Shown here in pieces: positions 19,944 through 29,578 of a stretch of 64,000 bases of DNA. The translations under genes and the position numbers were made by a program. The notes under the pieces were generated by a model, which made no database searches, was not told the DNA's origin, and saw nothing but the letters and a program-made list of their open reading frames with translations. The stretch lies in the NCBI RefSeq assembly GCF_902785855.1, contig NZ_CADAAJ010000001.1; one strand, given 5' to 3'. The stretch is from an uncultured Methanobrevibacter sp. Lineage in GTDB: Archaea; Methanobacteriota; Methanobacteria; Methanobacteriales; Methanobacteriaceae. Every line of letters starts with the position of its first letter. Positions within the stretch are counted from its first letter, which is position 1.

Positions 19944-20384
19944 ATGGCTGAAGAAGAAATGATTGATGAAACTTCTGAAGAATACTATGATGAAGAAGAT
20001 GAAAAATTACCTTTTGCTAAAGCTGAAGTTGTTCGTTTAATGAAAGAAAATCTTGATGATGACAAGATGATTAGGGAAAGAGTAAAAGTAGAAATGAATA
20101 AATTCTTAGGGGAAGTTTTAAAAAATGTATGTAAACAATTAAATGATTATCCATACACCACTATAGAATATGAAATGCTTAAGGAATCTACTTATCCATA
20201 TACTAACATTGAAAGGATTAATCAAGAAAAAGAAAGAATTTTATTACATTTAGAAGCTATTAAAGCTGATTGTAATGCATTAGCAATGGATGTTCAAAGA
20301 ACATTAAAATTAAAAGACGTTGCTGAGGAAGACACTTTCGCTGATTTTTCATCATCCGATGATGAAGAAGAGGAAGAAGAATAA
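19944..20384 (+). CDS. Acidic protein with a possible histone-fold-like core
   Basis: AGGTG lies upstream of the ATG. Both tails are poly-acidic. The core [17 protein letters not shown]...[24 protein letters not shown]...TTIEYEML aligns loosely by eye to archaeal histone helices. Confidence 0.45.
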   Translation: MAEEEMIDETSEEYYDEEDEKLPFAKAEVVRLMKENLDDDKMIRERVKVEMNKFLGEVLKNVCKQLNDYPYTTIEYEMLKESTYPYTNIERINQEKERILLHLEAIKADCNALAMDVQRTLKLKDVAEEDTFADFSSSDDEEEEEE

Positions 20385-20526
20385 ATTTATTATTTATTTT
20401 TCTTAATTTTTAAAACAATTAGGTATTATCCATTTAATTAGATAATATTATATTTAAAGAGTCATTGCAATTTATGGCTCTATATTTACTATTTTTTTAA
20501 TTCATATACAAAAAAATAAAAAAAGT

Positions 20527-20546
20527 GTAGATGCAATTGCATCTAC
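20527..20546. terminator. Perfect 20-bp palindrome between convergent genes
   Basis: GTAGATGCAATTGCATCTAC lies 7 nt downstream of the minus-strand ALP stop. It is flanked by A/T runs. Confidence 0.45.
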
Positions 20547-20552
20547 TTAAAT

Positions 20553-23500
20553 TTAAATTATTCCTAATTTTGTAGCTGTTTTTTTATCAACACTACCAGT
20601 TACTTTTAATCCTTTGTCGTGTTGGAATTCTTTTACAGATCTGACTGTACAACTTTTAAATTTACCATCAACTTTTAAGTAATGGTTTTTGTATGTTTGA
20701 TAGTAACCATTATCTTTTAGTGCTTGTTGGATTTCTTTAACAGTTGATTTGTCTTTGCTGCCTTTAGATACAGTCTTGAAAGTAACAATTACTTTAATTT
20801 TAGCTTTTTTACCTGCTTTGTTATAGTATTTGTCTCCTCTGTATTTAATAACTGCTTTGTAAGTTCCTTTTTTGTTGAGTTTGGTAATTTTGAAAGTAGC
20901 TTTACCTTTAGAATTAGTTTTAGCCTTGTATTTTTTACCTTTAATTTTTAAAGTTACTTTGGCTTTTTTAATTGCTTTACCAGTATTGTCTTTTAATACA
21001 ACAGAGTATTTCTTGGTTTTTGTTTTTGTTTTAAATTTTTTATTTTTAGCAATTAATTTAGGTGTTGCTTTTTCAATTGTAACTTCAATATCTTTTGTTG
21101 ATGGTTCATAGTTAGTGTTACCGTTAAATATTATATTTACAAGGTAAGTTTTAGGAACTAATCCTTTAGTTGATACTTTTACTTGCCCTTTATCATCTGT
21201 AAAGTAATTTTTAGCACCATTTAAATCAACGGTTATTTCAGCACCACTAATAGCATTACCTTTTATATCAACTAATGTAATGACAAGTTCATCATTAGCA
21301 TTGAAAACTGTAATAATTGAATCTGCTATTATTTGTGAAGGAAGTTTTTTAGCATTTATGTTTATGGTGTATTTTGCATCACCAATTATAGCAGTTATAC
21401 TGCCTATTCCTGCGTTAGTTGAAGTATATTCAATAGATTCTCCAGAAAATGCTGTTGTAGTATTAATATTACCATTTGTTGCAGTAATTATTAATTCAAC
21501 AAAATCCATAAGATCATTTTCAGATATGTTGTTAGAAGTTGAATTATAATTATACAGTTTGAATATAATTTTTGTGGAATCAAATACAGAAATATTATCT
21601 GTTTTTGCACTTCCATTTAAAAATAGCCATGTATCATAATTAACATCGGATTTTATTTTAGGTTGTGTTTTATAATTGCTTGCGTTATTTCCAAACCAGT
21701 TATAATCAGCATTTAACCCACTATCAGCCATAATTTCATAGTTTGTTACATTATTTATAAATACATTATTGTTTACAAACACGTTATTTGATGTATTAAC
21801 ATTAATGGTTGATTCAATGTTATTGTTTGAAAAAATACTATTGGTTATATTTGTACTGTTCATAGTATTTGCCAATATTACTGCATTACCAGTATTATGA
21901 ATAAATATTGCTTCAAATTTTGAATTTAATGAATTGATAGCACGAATCACAGCACCAGTTCCATTGTTATTAATGAAATATGATTGTGTAATTGTAGTAT
22001 TTTCTATATTTATCAATATGAAAATTGCACTTCCATTATTTGCTGCTTTATTTTCAATAAAACTGATATTTTCGAACTTGGTGTGTTTTGAATTATCAGC
22101 AGATAATGCTCCACCATTTTTACCAGCTGTATTACTTATAAAATTAGTTCTGATAAAAGTAACATTGTTTAAATCATTATCTACATTTATTGCACCACCA
22201 TTGCTGGCTGCATTATTATTAATAAATGTGACATTGTCAAAAATGTTACGTATTAAACTTCCATAAACGTTTATACATCCTGCATCAACTGTAAGTGCAG
22301 TATTGTTATAAAATACACAGTTTTTATAGTTTTCTGAATCTGAACTCAATCTTATGTATATTGCACCACCATTTTTGACAGCAATATTGTTGATAAACAT
22401 AGTATAATAATATTTATTTTTATTGGAGGATTCTGTGATGTATATTGCACCACCATTAGTTGCATTATTGTTAATAAATAATGTATTATTATAGTTATTG
22501 TTATTGGACTTTTTCTTACTATATATTGCTCCTCCCAATTCTTTAGCAGTGTTTTTAATAAATATACAATTGTTTAAATTATTACTTTCTATATCTTGTG
22601 TATATGCTAGTGCACCACCATATCTGGTAGCACTATTGTTTATAAACTCACATGATTCAAATGAGTTATAATTAGAACCTGCATAAACGTTTAATGCTCC
22701 GCCATCTCTAGCACTATTGTTTGAGAAAGTACAATCCACATATGAATTATTATTATTCACAAAATAATCCACGTTTATTGCTCCTCCATTATTTTTTGCA
22801 TAATTATTTGTAAATGTGAGGTTTTTGAATGTTGTTTTAAATAATTCCTTGTGGAAATTGATTGCACCACCGTCTCCATTAGATGCATTATTATCAGAAA
22901 ATGTATTATTTTCAAATAGATTTTCATTGGAGTTTGTATTAATATAAATTGCCCCTCCATTTTTAGTTGCAGTATTTGATATAAATTTACTATTTTTTAT
23001 TTCGCTGTTCTGAGCTGTACCTGTTATATAAATTGCACCACCATTCCGGGCAGCATTGTTATTTATAAAGTCTGAATTGTCAAAAATGGTTTTTTTCAAA
23101 TTTCCATTAATAATTATGCAACCACCATCCGCTGAAAGTGCATTGTTTTTCATGAAAATGCAGTTTGTAAAGTTGTCTGAATCTGAATAACTATTGATGT
23201 ATATTGCACCACCATTATTTGTAGCATTGTTGTTGATGAATAGGGTATTGTTGTATTTATTTTTATTAGAATATGTGTTGGTGTATATTGCACCACCATT
23301 GTTTCCAGCGGTGTTGCCTATAAATATACAATTGTTTAAATTAGTGGTATTTATTTGACGTGTATAGCGCATTGCACCACCAAATCTGGTAGCACTATTG
23401 TTTATAAACTCACAGGATTCAAATGAGTTAGAATTGGAACCTGCATAAACGTTTAATGCAGCGCCGTCTCTAGCACTATTATTGATGAAACCACAATTTA

Positions 23501-24332
23501 TGTATGAATTATTATTATTCAAATAGTTATCAATGTTTATTGCTCCTCCGCCAGTATTTGCACGATTATTAGTAAACATAAGATTTTTGAATGTTGTTTT
23601 TATTAAATGTAAATGGAAATTGATTGCACCTCCATCTGCACTTGTTGCTTTGTTGTTGAAAAAAGTTATTTTTTCAAATAGAGTTTCAGTACAATTACTT
23701 AAAATATAAATTGCTCCTCCATTTTTTGTTGCAATATTTGATGTAAATTCACAATTTTTTATTTCACTGTTGTTGATTGTGCCTTTAACATAAATTGCTC
23801 CTCCATTTTCTGTTGCAGTATTATTTATAAATTTACAGTTGTTAATTACAATATCTGCAATGTTTCCGTTGAATATTATTGCTCCACCAAAGTTTGATTG
23901 TCCGTTTATAAATGTAATATTATTTAAAATAACCTTGTTTGAAGTGGTAATGTTGAATATTGTAGATTGTTTTAAAGCATTTATTGTAAAACCGTTACCA
24001 TTAATAGTTATTGGATTTGTTATGTTAATTCCAGTTCTTGAAAAAGTATTTTCGTATGTATAATTATTTTCAAGATTTACAATACCGCCTTCACCGGCAG
24101 CATCAATCTTTTTTTGTAAATCGGTAAATGTTCCGTTATCAGTTTCGCCAATTATTTCTCCGTCATTTACTTTTTTAACAATATTTTCATTAGAAAATGA
24201 TTGTATCTCGTCAACTGGCATTTCAGAATTTATAGTTGTACTATCAGTTGTATTTTCTGCAGCACTAACTCCAGAAATTAAAAACAATGTTACAAGAAGT
24301 AATGCCAATGTAATTAGTTTTTTATTAATCAA
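20553..24332 (-). CDS. Adhesin-like protein: PbH1 beta-helix repeats, Ig-like Lys-rich repeats, C-terminal PG_binding_1-like domain
   Basis: The product is 1259 aa. The start is TTG with GGTGA upstream, followed by the signal peptide LLLVTLFLISGVSAAE. Many NGGAIY rungs are present. The C-terminus VKEIQQALKDNGYY...VDGKFKSCTVRSVKEFQHDKGLKVTGSVDKKT looks like a peptidoglycan-binding domain. Confidence 0.9.
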   Translation of the reverse strand: MINKKLITLALLLVTLFLISGVSAAENTTDSTTINSEMPVDEIQSFSNENIVKKVNDGEIIGETDNGTFTDLQKKIDAAGEGGIVNLENNYTYENTFSRTGINITNPITINGNGFTINALKQSTIFNITTSNKVILNNITFINGQSNFGGAIIFNGNIADIVINNCKFINNTATENGGAIYVKGTINNSEIKNCEFTSNIATKNGGAIYILSNCTETLFEKITFFNNKATSADGGAINFHLHLIKTTFKNLMFTNNRANTGGGAINIDNYLNNNNSYINCGFINNSARDGAALNVYAGSNSNSFESCEFINNSATRFGGAMRYTRQINTTNLNNCIFIGNTAGNNGGAIYTNTYSNKNKYNNTLFINNNATNNGGAIYINSYSDSDNFTNCIFMKNNALSADGGCIIINGNLKKTIFDNSDFINNNAARNGGAIYITGTAQNSEIKNSKFISNTATKNGGAIYINTNSNENLFENNTFSDNNASNGDGGAINFHKELFKTTFKNLTFTNNYAKNNGGAINVDYFVNNNNSYVDCTFSNNSARDGGALNVYAGSNYNSFESCEFINNSATRYGGALAYTQDIESNNLNNCIFIKNTAKELGGAIYSKKKSNNNNYNNTLFINNNATNGGAIYITESSNKNKYYYTMFINNIAVKNGGAIYIRLSSDSENYKNCVFYNNTALTVDAGCINVYGSLIRNIFDNVTFINNNAASNGGAINVDNDLNNVTFIRTNFISNTAGKNGGALSADNSKHTKFENISFIENKAANNGSAIFILINIENTTITQSYFINNNGTGAVIRAINSLNSKFEAIFIHNTGNAVILANTMNSTNITNSIFSNNNIESTINVNTSNNVFVNNNVFINNVTNYEIMADSGLNADYNWFGNNASNYKTQPKIKSDVNYDTWLFLNGSAKTDNISVFDSTKIIFKLYNYNSTSNNISENDLMDFVELIITATNGNINTTTAFSGESIEYTSTNAGIGSITAIIGDAKYTININAKKLPSQIIADSIITVFNANDELVITLVDIKGNAISGAEITVDLNGAKNYFTDDKGQVKVSTKGLVPKTYLVNIIFNGNTNYEPSTKDIEVTIEKATPKLIAKNKKFKTKTKTKKYSVVLKDNTGKAIKKAKVTLKIKGKKYKAKTNSKGKATFKITKLNKKGTYKAVIKYRGDKYYNKAGKKAKIKVIVTFKTVSKGSKDKSTVKEIQQALKDNGYYQTYKNHYLKVDGKFKSCTVRSVKEFQHDKGLKVTGSVDKKTATKLGII
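22283..23807 (-). repeat. Internal tandem segmental duplication, two units of 762 nt (boundaries approximate)
   Basis: The 30-nt string TCTGGTAGCACTATTGTTTATAAACTCACA occurs at 22623 and 23385 (offset 762 nt, which is 254 codons). The flanking sequence and the protein are colinear, for example NSATRFGGAMRYT versus NSATRYGGALAYT. Confidence 0.7.
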
Positions 24333-24352
24333 AATTTCACCTTTATTAATAT

Positions 24353-24427
24353 ATTATCTTCAATTATATATAATTATCTTCAATTATATTAATTATCTTC
24401 AATTATATTAATTATCTTCAATCATGC
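24353..24427. repeat. Four tandem copies of a 19-20-bp unit (ATTATCTTCAAT[T/C]AT..)
   Basis: Copies start at 24353, 24373, 24392 and 24411. The last copy overlaps the 3' end of CDS 24408-24989. The array lies directly upstream of the ALP start at 24332. Confidence 0.9.
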
Positions 24428-24989
24428 TGAAACCTGTTTTTAAATCATGTAATTCATCTTCAGGAATTTCTAAGATTTCAACTTTGTCACTAACTATGTT
24501 ACTTTGTCCAAATGGATCAAGAATTATTAAGGTTGCAGTAGTATTACCGTTTTTAAGTTCTTGTATGCTGTCAAAAGTGTCCTGTGCATTTTTTTGTGAT
24601 TTTTCATCATCAAATAAATTTAATGCTTTTTTAACAGCACTTTCAAAACGTATTAATACACCTTCCACATTTGTCACATATCCTTCTGATTTTGGTCCGG
24701 GTTCTACTTTAACGCCAATTTCGGGTATGATAACTGTTGCAGATTGTGACCTAACAACTCTTGTTGATAAGGTATTTTTATTTATTTCAAGAACATATTT
24801 GGCAGGATCATTTTGCTCTAAAGCTATAATGTCGGAATGTTTAAAACCACAGGATGGACATTGTATTGTTGTTTCCATAACTTTTCCAAAATGAGGTATT
24901 TCTATTTCTTTCATTATTGATTTTGCAACACCTTCAATAGAACATGCTGGACATTTAATAACCATTTCAGTAATCGATTCTTCATTCAT
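24408..24989 (-). CDS. ZPR1-type zinc-finger protein
   Basis: CPACS...IPHFGKVMETTIQCPSCGFKHSD is followed by a beta-rich ZPR1-like domain. Confidence 0.75.
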   Translation of the reverse strand: MNEESITEMVIKCPACSIEGVAKSIMKEIEIPHFGKVMETTIQCPSCGFKHSDIIALEQNDPAKYVLEINKNTLSTRVVRSQSATVIIPEIGVKVEPGPKSEGYVTNVEGVLIRFESAVKKALNLFDDEKSQKNAQDTFDSIQELKNGNTTATLIILDPFGQSNIVSDKVEILEIPEDELHDLKTGFSMIEDN

Positions 24990-25968
24990 TTAAAACATAT
25001 CCTTTTTTGCTTAATTCTTTAATAATATTATTTAACTTTTCTCGATTTGAAGCACATATTGTTGTTTTTCTAAATTCGGAAAGTTTATATAATTCTGTTA
25101 AATATTCTTTTTTATCATTATCTTCATTTATATTTTTTATAAATGCATTTGCTGCTTTTTTATCAGAAACATTAATACTTCTAACCAAGGGTTCTTTAAA
25201 ACCTTTTATATTATATGTTATTTTTTCTAATGTTCCGTTATTTTGATTTATAATAATATCAATAACATCTTCTAACTGTTCTACTGTGTTGGTTAATTTA
25301 AGTGTAGTACAGGATTTGTTTATGGTTGATAATATATTTTCCAAGGTTTTGTCAATAGCTTCTGCGGTAATTATATTAACATCATTTTCTCTTGCCTGAT
25401 TAAGCAGGTGGTCATGTATGATTCTATTTTCTTTAAAGTAATCAAGCTGTTTTCCACCTCTATGTATTTGAATAGCTCTTTTTACAAATCGTTCTTTATG
25501 TGATTCTTCATCAGAACTTAATATGAAAAAGTAGATGTTTGCATAATTTTTGAACTGATCGATATTGATTAATCCTGGAACCAAATGCACACCTTCAATA
25601 ATAATATCATCATAATCGGTAATGGCTCTTTGAATAATTTTTTCTAAAGCGGGAATTACATAAGATGCATGGTCATCAAATCCTGCAGAAACTAAATCGT
25701 TATAGCTATTATATCGGTTTTTATTTCTAATATTTTTATATGCATCATAAGATGAACTATGTAATGTAGGTGCATATTCTTTACCAATAATGCCTCTAAC
25801 AACAGCTCTTATAAAATCACTTTCAATTAAATGCTTAATATTTAATGTTTTAGCAAGTTCGGCAGCAATAGTTGATTTACCAATTCCTGATGCACTTCCA
25901 ATGAGTATAACATAAGGTTTTCGATAATCTCTGCCTGTTTTATCAAATTCATTGTTTTCATTAGTCAT
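24982..25968 (-). CDS. 2-phosphoglycerate kinase-like P-loop kinase
   Basis: VILIGSASGIGKSTIAAELA...HLIESDFIR is present. The gene overlaps the downstream ZPR1 gene by 8 nt. Confidence 0.7.
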   Translation of the reverse strand: MTNENNEFDKTGRDYRKPYVILIGSASGIGKSTIAAELAKTLNIKHLIESDFIRAVVRGIIGKEYAPTLHSSSYDAYKNIRNKNRYNSYNDLVSAGFDDHASYVIPALEKIIQRAITDYDDIIIEGVHLVPGLINIDQFKNYANIYFFILSSDEESHKERFVKRAIQIHRGGKQLDYFKENRIIHDHLLNQARENDVNIITAEAIDKTLENILSTINKSCTTLKLTNTVEQLEDVIDIIINQNNGTLEKITYNIKGFKEPLVRSINVSDKKAANAFIKNINEDNDKKEYLTELYKLSEFRKTTICASNREKLNNIIKELSKKGYVLNE

Positions 25969-26140
25969 TAAATAATATTTTTAATATTCAATAAATAAAA
26001 TATTTGTTGTCATGTCGGGTTTTTTAATAGTTGAATATATATACATTTATTAATGTGAAAAATTATAATTAATAATATAATAATATTTTATAAGTTAAAA
26101 ATGTAGGATAATAATTCATATGATTAATTAATATATAGGG

Positions 26141-27202
26141 GTGAAATTGTTGTATTCAGTAAAATCAGTTAAAGATATTCAAGATTTAAATCCATTCATT
26201 GTAGTTGGTTGTGGTGGAGGAGGAGAAAAATTCTCCAATCTTGATGGTATTAAGACAGTTGGATTCATTGATGATGATGTTAAAAAACAAGACAAACAGT
26301 TTTGTGGAAGTATTGTTTCAGGAAGTTTGGATGACTGTTTAGCTCATAATCCTGATGCAAATTCAATAGCTATAATGTTGCCTATTGGTGCTGAGGGTAC
26401 TGCTTTAAAATATGCGGTTCAAGCTATTGATGCAGGTTTAAATGTAATATGTTCATTTAGATCTTTATCTATTCATGAAAACTCATCTTTAAAAGATTTT
26501 GCAGATGCGAAAAATGTTACTATAAAAGAAATTAGTCCTCGGTTGGATGTTGTAAATAAAATCGCTGGTGTGGCTCCTAAAAAATCATGTGAAGTTTTAC
26601 CAAAAATATCTTATAAACCTAAAGCGCCGGTGATTTTTGTTGGAGGAACCTCTCAGGAATGTGGAAAAAGAACTACAACTAAAATGTTAGGTATAGCTAG
26701 TAGTGAAAGAGGTTTAAATTCTGCAATTATTTCAACTGACGAAATGGGTTTGGAAGAACCTACTGATTTTAATTTTAGAGCTGGAAGTTTATCTGCTATG
26801 GATGTTCCGGCAGCAATTTTATCTGCTATTAAATATGTGGAAGATACAAAAAAACCAGATATTATTTTTATTGAAGGTCAATCCAGTTTAACTGAAAAAG
26901 GAAATCCTCATCCTAGAGGATTATCTGCAGCTATTTTAATTGGTGCTGCTCCTGATGCAGTTATTGTTGGACACAGACCAAATCACCCATATAGACAGCC
27001 TACTGGTATTAATGAAGAAATTAAAGCTATTGAAGCTATTGAACCAACTAAAGTTGTTGGTATTTCTATAAATCTTAAAAATGCAGAATTAGATTCTGAT
27101 TTAGAATATTTTGAATCTACATATAATTTGCCTGTTGAAGATGTCTATAATAATGGAGCATCTAAATTATTGGATGCAATTTTAGATTATTTAAAGGAGT
27201 AG
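26141..27202 (+). CDS. DUF1611 family protein
   Basis: [19 protein letters not shown] and IFIEGQSSL blocks are present. The start is GTG. Confidence 0.5.
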   Translation: MKLLYSVKSVKDIQDLNPFIVVGCGGGGEKFSNLDGIKTVGFIDDDVKKQDKQFCGSIVSGSLDDCLAHNPDANSIAIMLPIGAEGTALKYAVQAIDAGLNVICSFRSLSIHENSSLKDFADAKNVTIKEISPRLDVVNKIAGVAPKKSCEVLPKISYKPKAPVIFVGGTSQECGKRTTTKMLGIASSERGLNSAIISTDEMGLEEPTDFNFRAGSLSAMDVPAAILSAIKYVEDTKKPDIIFIEGQSSLTEKGNPHPRGLSAAILIGAAPDAVIVGHRPNHPYRQPTGINEEIKAIEAIEPTKVVGISINLKNAELDSDLEYFESTYNLPVEDVYNNGASKLLDAILDYLKE

Positions 27203-27207
27203 TTTAA

Positions 27208-27726
27208 ATGAGTTTTACAGACACATTAAAAAGAAGTTTAGGTTTTGAAGAATCAGAATCAAGTAATGGTGGTTCAAGTTTTTCAAATAAAGTGCGTGAT
27301 GCATTCCAGTCTGGTAGGGAACCATCAAATCAGCAATATCCTAATCCGCATCAACAACGTCAACATAATCCTAGAACTGTACCAAATCATTATGCTCGTC
27401 AAAATCCAAGAAGAGCTCCGGTTTATGATGATTCTGATTATGTAATTACTCCGGAGAGGTCTTATTATGAAATTATTTTAATTAGGCCAAAAACTATTGA
27501 TGATATTAATTATGTTGTTGATCAGGTTATTGAAGAGAGAAATCCTGTTATTTTAGATTTATCTTTTTTAGAAAAAGAAAGTGAAGCTAATTTTAAATTA
27601 GCTGGTGATAAAATTAATCAAATGAGAGCAAAATACGGTGTTCAAGCTTTATTACTTGCACGTAATGAAGATAAGAATTTGATTATGATTTCTCCTAAAA
27701 AAGTTAAACTTGTTAATAAAGGATAA
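27208..27726 (+). CDS. sepF: Cell division protein SepF (archaeal)
   Basis: The C-terminal domain reads YEIILIRPKTIDDINYVVDQVIEERNPVILDLSFL. The N-terminal linker is disordered and Q/P-rich. Confidence 0.75.
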   Translation: MSFTDTLKRSLGFEESESSNGGSSFSNKVRDAFQSGREPSNQQYPNPHQQRQHNPRTVPNHYARQNPRRAPVYDDSDYVITPERSYYEIILIRPKTIDDINYVVDQVIEERNPVILDLSFLEKESEANFKLAGDKINQMRAKYGVQALLLARNEDKNLIMISPKKVKLVNKG

Positions 27727-27732
27727 GTAGAC

Positions 27733-28647
27733 TTATTTTCTACTTTTATCTATTTTTAAAAATTTAATATATTTAATAAGCACGTAAATTACTAGTATCA
27801 GTGCTATTGCTGTTTCTATTTTTAAGATATTGTTAAATATAAATGTAGTATTTACTAAATTTGAAATTTCTTTTGTAGCATTGGCACTTATAACAAAGGG
27901 AAATGTAAATGCTGCAAAACTTGGGTAGAACTTTAAATTCCTATATTCTATGAATTTGTACAATGCAAAAATGTAAAATATGCATGCAAATAAATATAAT
28001 GTAATTACAAAGTTCATATTTATATCGGGTGCTGAATTAATGTATCCGACAATTAGTATGTTTAATACTGCTGCAAAAATGCAGATTAAAGGTTTGTTCA
28101 TGTCAGGAATATTTTTATATGTAATATATCGGTAAATAACAAGGGGTAATGTTATTATCATTCCAATAAATCCGATTATGAATAATATGAATCCTATTTC
28201 TTCTACATTATGTGCATGTGAAGTTATGGCCCCCATTGTTATTCCAACAAATACTATCCAGTAACTTGTATAAACATTAGAAATATTAAAATCACGTATA
28301 ATAAAATGATAGGTAAAGTAAATTATTAACATTATATGCAATGCTATTCCAATAATCCATATGGTGTATGCAATACTTGGTATAAATTGTAGGAGATATG
28401 TAGATAAAACCATTAAACTCATTGAAAAAGTACCGGAACTACTAACAATTACTGGATTTTTGAAATCATTTTTAATTAATTTTGGATATAAAATAACTTT
28501 TAATATTATTAAAATTAGAAAAATGATTCCAGTTAGTCCAAAGAAATATTTTAAATATGGATTAATTCCTTCAAGTAAATTCCCAAGTGATAATAATGCA
28601 AGAATCAATCCAGAAATTGGTATAGGTATGTTTTTAATTAGATTCAT
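27733..28647 (-). CDS. TDT (TehA/Mae1/SLAC1-like) family transporter
   Basis: The protein is polytopic with about 10 transmembrane helices. Its N-terminus reads IPIPISGLILALLSLGNLL. Confidence 0.55.
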   Translation of the reverse strand: MNLIKNIPIPISGLILALLSLGNLLEGINPYLKYFFGLTGIIFLILIILKVILYPKLIKNDFKNPVIVSSSGTFSMSLMVLSTYLLQFIPSIAYTIWIIGIALHIMLIIYFTYHFIIRDFNISNVYTSYWIVFVGITMGAITSHAHNVEEIGFILFIIGFIGMIITLPLVIYRYITYKNIPDMNKPLICIFAAVLNILIVGYINSAPDINMNFVITLYLFACIFYIFALYKFIEYRNLKFYPSFAAFTFPFVISANATKEISNLVNTTFIFNNILKIETAIALILVIYVLIKYIKFLKIDKSRK

Positions 28648-29412
28648 TCATATCTTAAAAAATTTTTTAGCATTTGTACTTGCTACTTTTTTAATTTCAT
28701 TTTTTTTATATCCTTCTTTTGTTAACTCTCGTACAGTTTTTGGAACAGAAAGTGGATCGGAAGGTTTATTGCTCATATCACTATTTAATAAAAATTTATC
28801 AAAACCGTATTTATCTAAAATGGATATTGCATCATATTTATCTAATTTGTGGGGTTGAACTGTTAAACCTAACATATAATCTTTATCGATTAAATCTCCT
28901 ATGATATTTTTATTAACATGATCAATTACAGCATTTTTTTCATCTAAATGTTGTGGAACAATATCTAAAATAGTTTTCAAAACAGTTTTTTTATTTTTTC
29001 GCGGTGTATGGATTATTACTTTTGCATTACATTCATTTGCAATATCTAATTGTTTTTTAAAATAATTTATTTCATTATCTGTTAAGTTTTCAAGACCAAT
29101 TTCTCCAATTGCAACAATTTGTTTATTTTCAATCCATTTGTATAGATTTTCAAATATATTATCTGGGTTAATATTGGTATTTGTTGGATGAATTCCTAAT
29201 GCAACTTTTAAATCAATTCCATGCTCTGCAGCTCTTTTTGTATCAAATTCCAAAATTCTATTTAAATGATTTTGAAGAACAAGTTCGTGTGGTATTTTAT
29301 AAGGATAATAACTGCATGTTATTGCGGTATCTATTCCTGATAAGTACATATCTTTAAAATCTTCTCCGCTTCTGGAATCTGCGTGTATATGTGTATCAAT
29401 CATGTTAATCAC
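28648..29412 (-). CDS. TatD-related metal-dependent hydrolase
   Basis: IDTHIHADSRS, ALGIHP, AIGEIGLE and IIHTPR blocks are present. Confidence 0.7.
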   Translation of the reverse strand: MINMIDTHIHADSRSGEDFKDMYLSGIDTAITCSYYPYKIPHELVLQNHLNRILEFDTKRAAEHGIDLKVALGIHPTNTNINPDNIFENLYKWIENKQIVAIGEIGLENLTDNEINYFKKQLDIANECNAKVIIHTPRKNKKTVLKTILDIVPQHLDEKNAVIDHVNKNIIGDLIDKDYMLGLTVQPHKLDKYDAISILDKYGFDKFLLNSDMSNKPSDPLSVPKTVRELTKEGYKKNEIKKVASTNAKKFFKI

Positions 29413-29578
29413 AATGCAAAATTTACTTGTTATAAGTATGTTTTTTATATTTTAAAAAAATAGCTAAAAAATTTTTCATTATTAAAGTTTTTGTAAGTGT
29501 TATTTTTCATATTTGTTCACTTCAATAGATTTTATATTTTTTAGTAATAAAAATAATTGTATAAGTAATACTACATAG

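Noticed and set aside
20872-24063. Several 60-110-aa plus-strand ORFs inside the 1259-aa ALP gene (20872, 21280, 21934, 23839), plus the same-strand alternate-frame ORF 22775-22960
   Set aside because: They are alternate-frame or antisense readings of a repetitive gene. None has an independent signal.
24353-24427. Possible CRISPR-like array
   Set aside because: The units are directly adjacent with a 19-20-bp period and no unique spacers. This is a simple tandem repeat, not a CRISPR.
24424-24894. 156-aa plus-strand ORF
   Set aside because: It is antisense to the ZPR1-type zinc-finger gene and is a shadow ORF.
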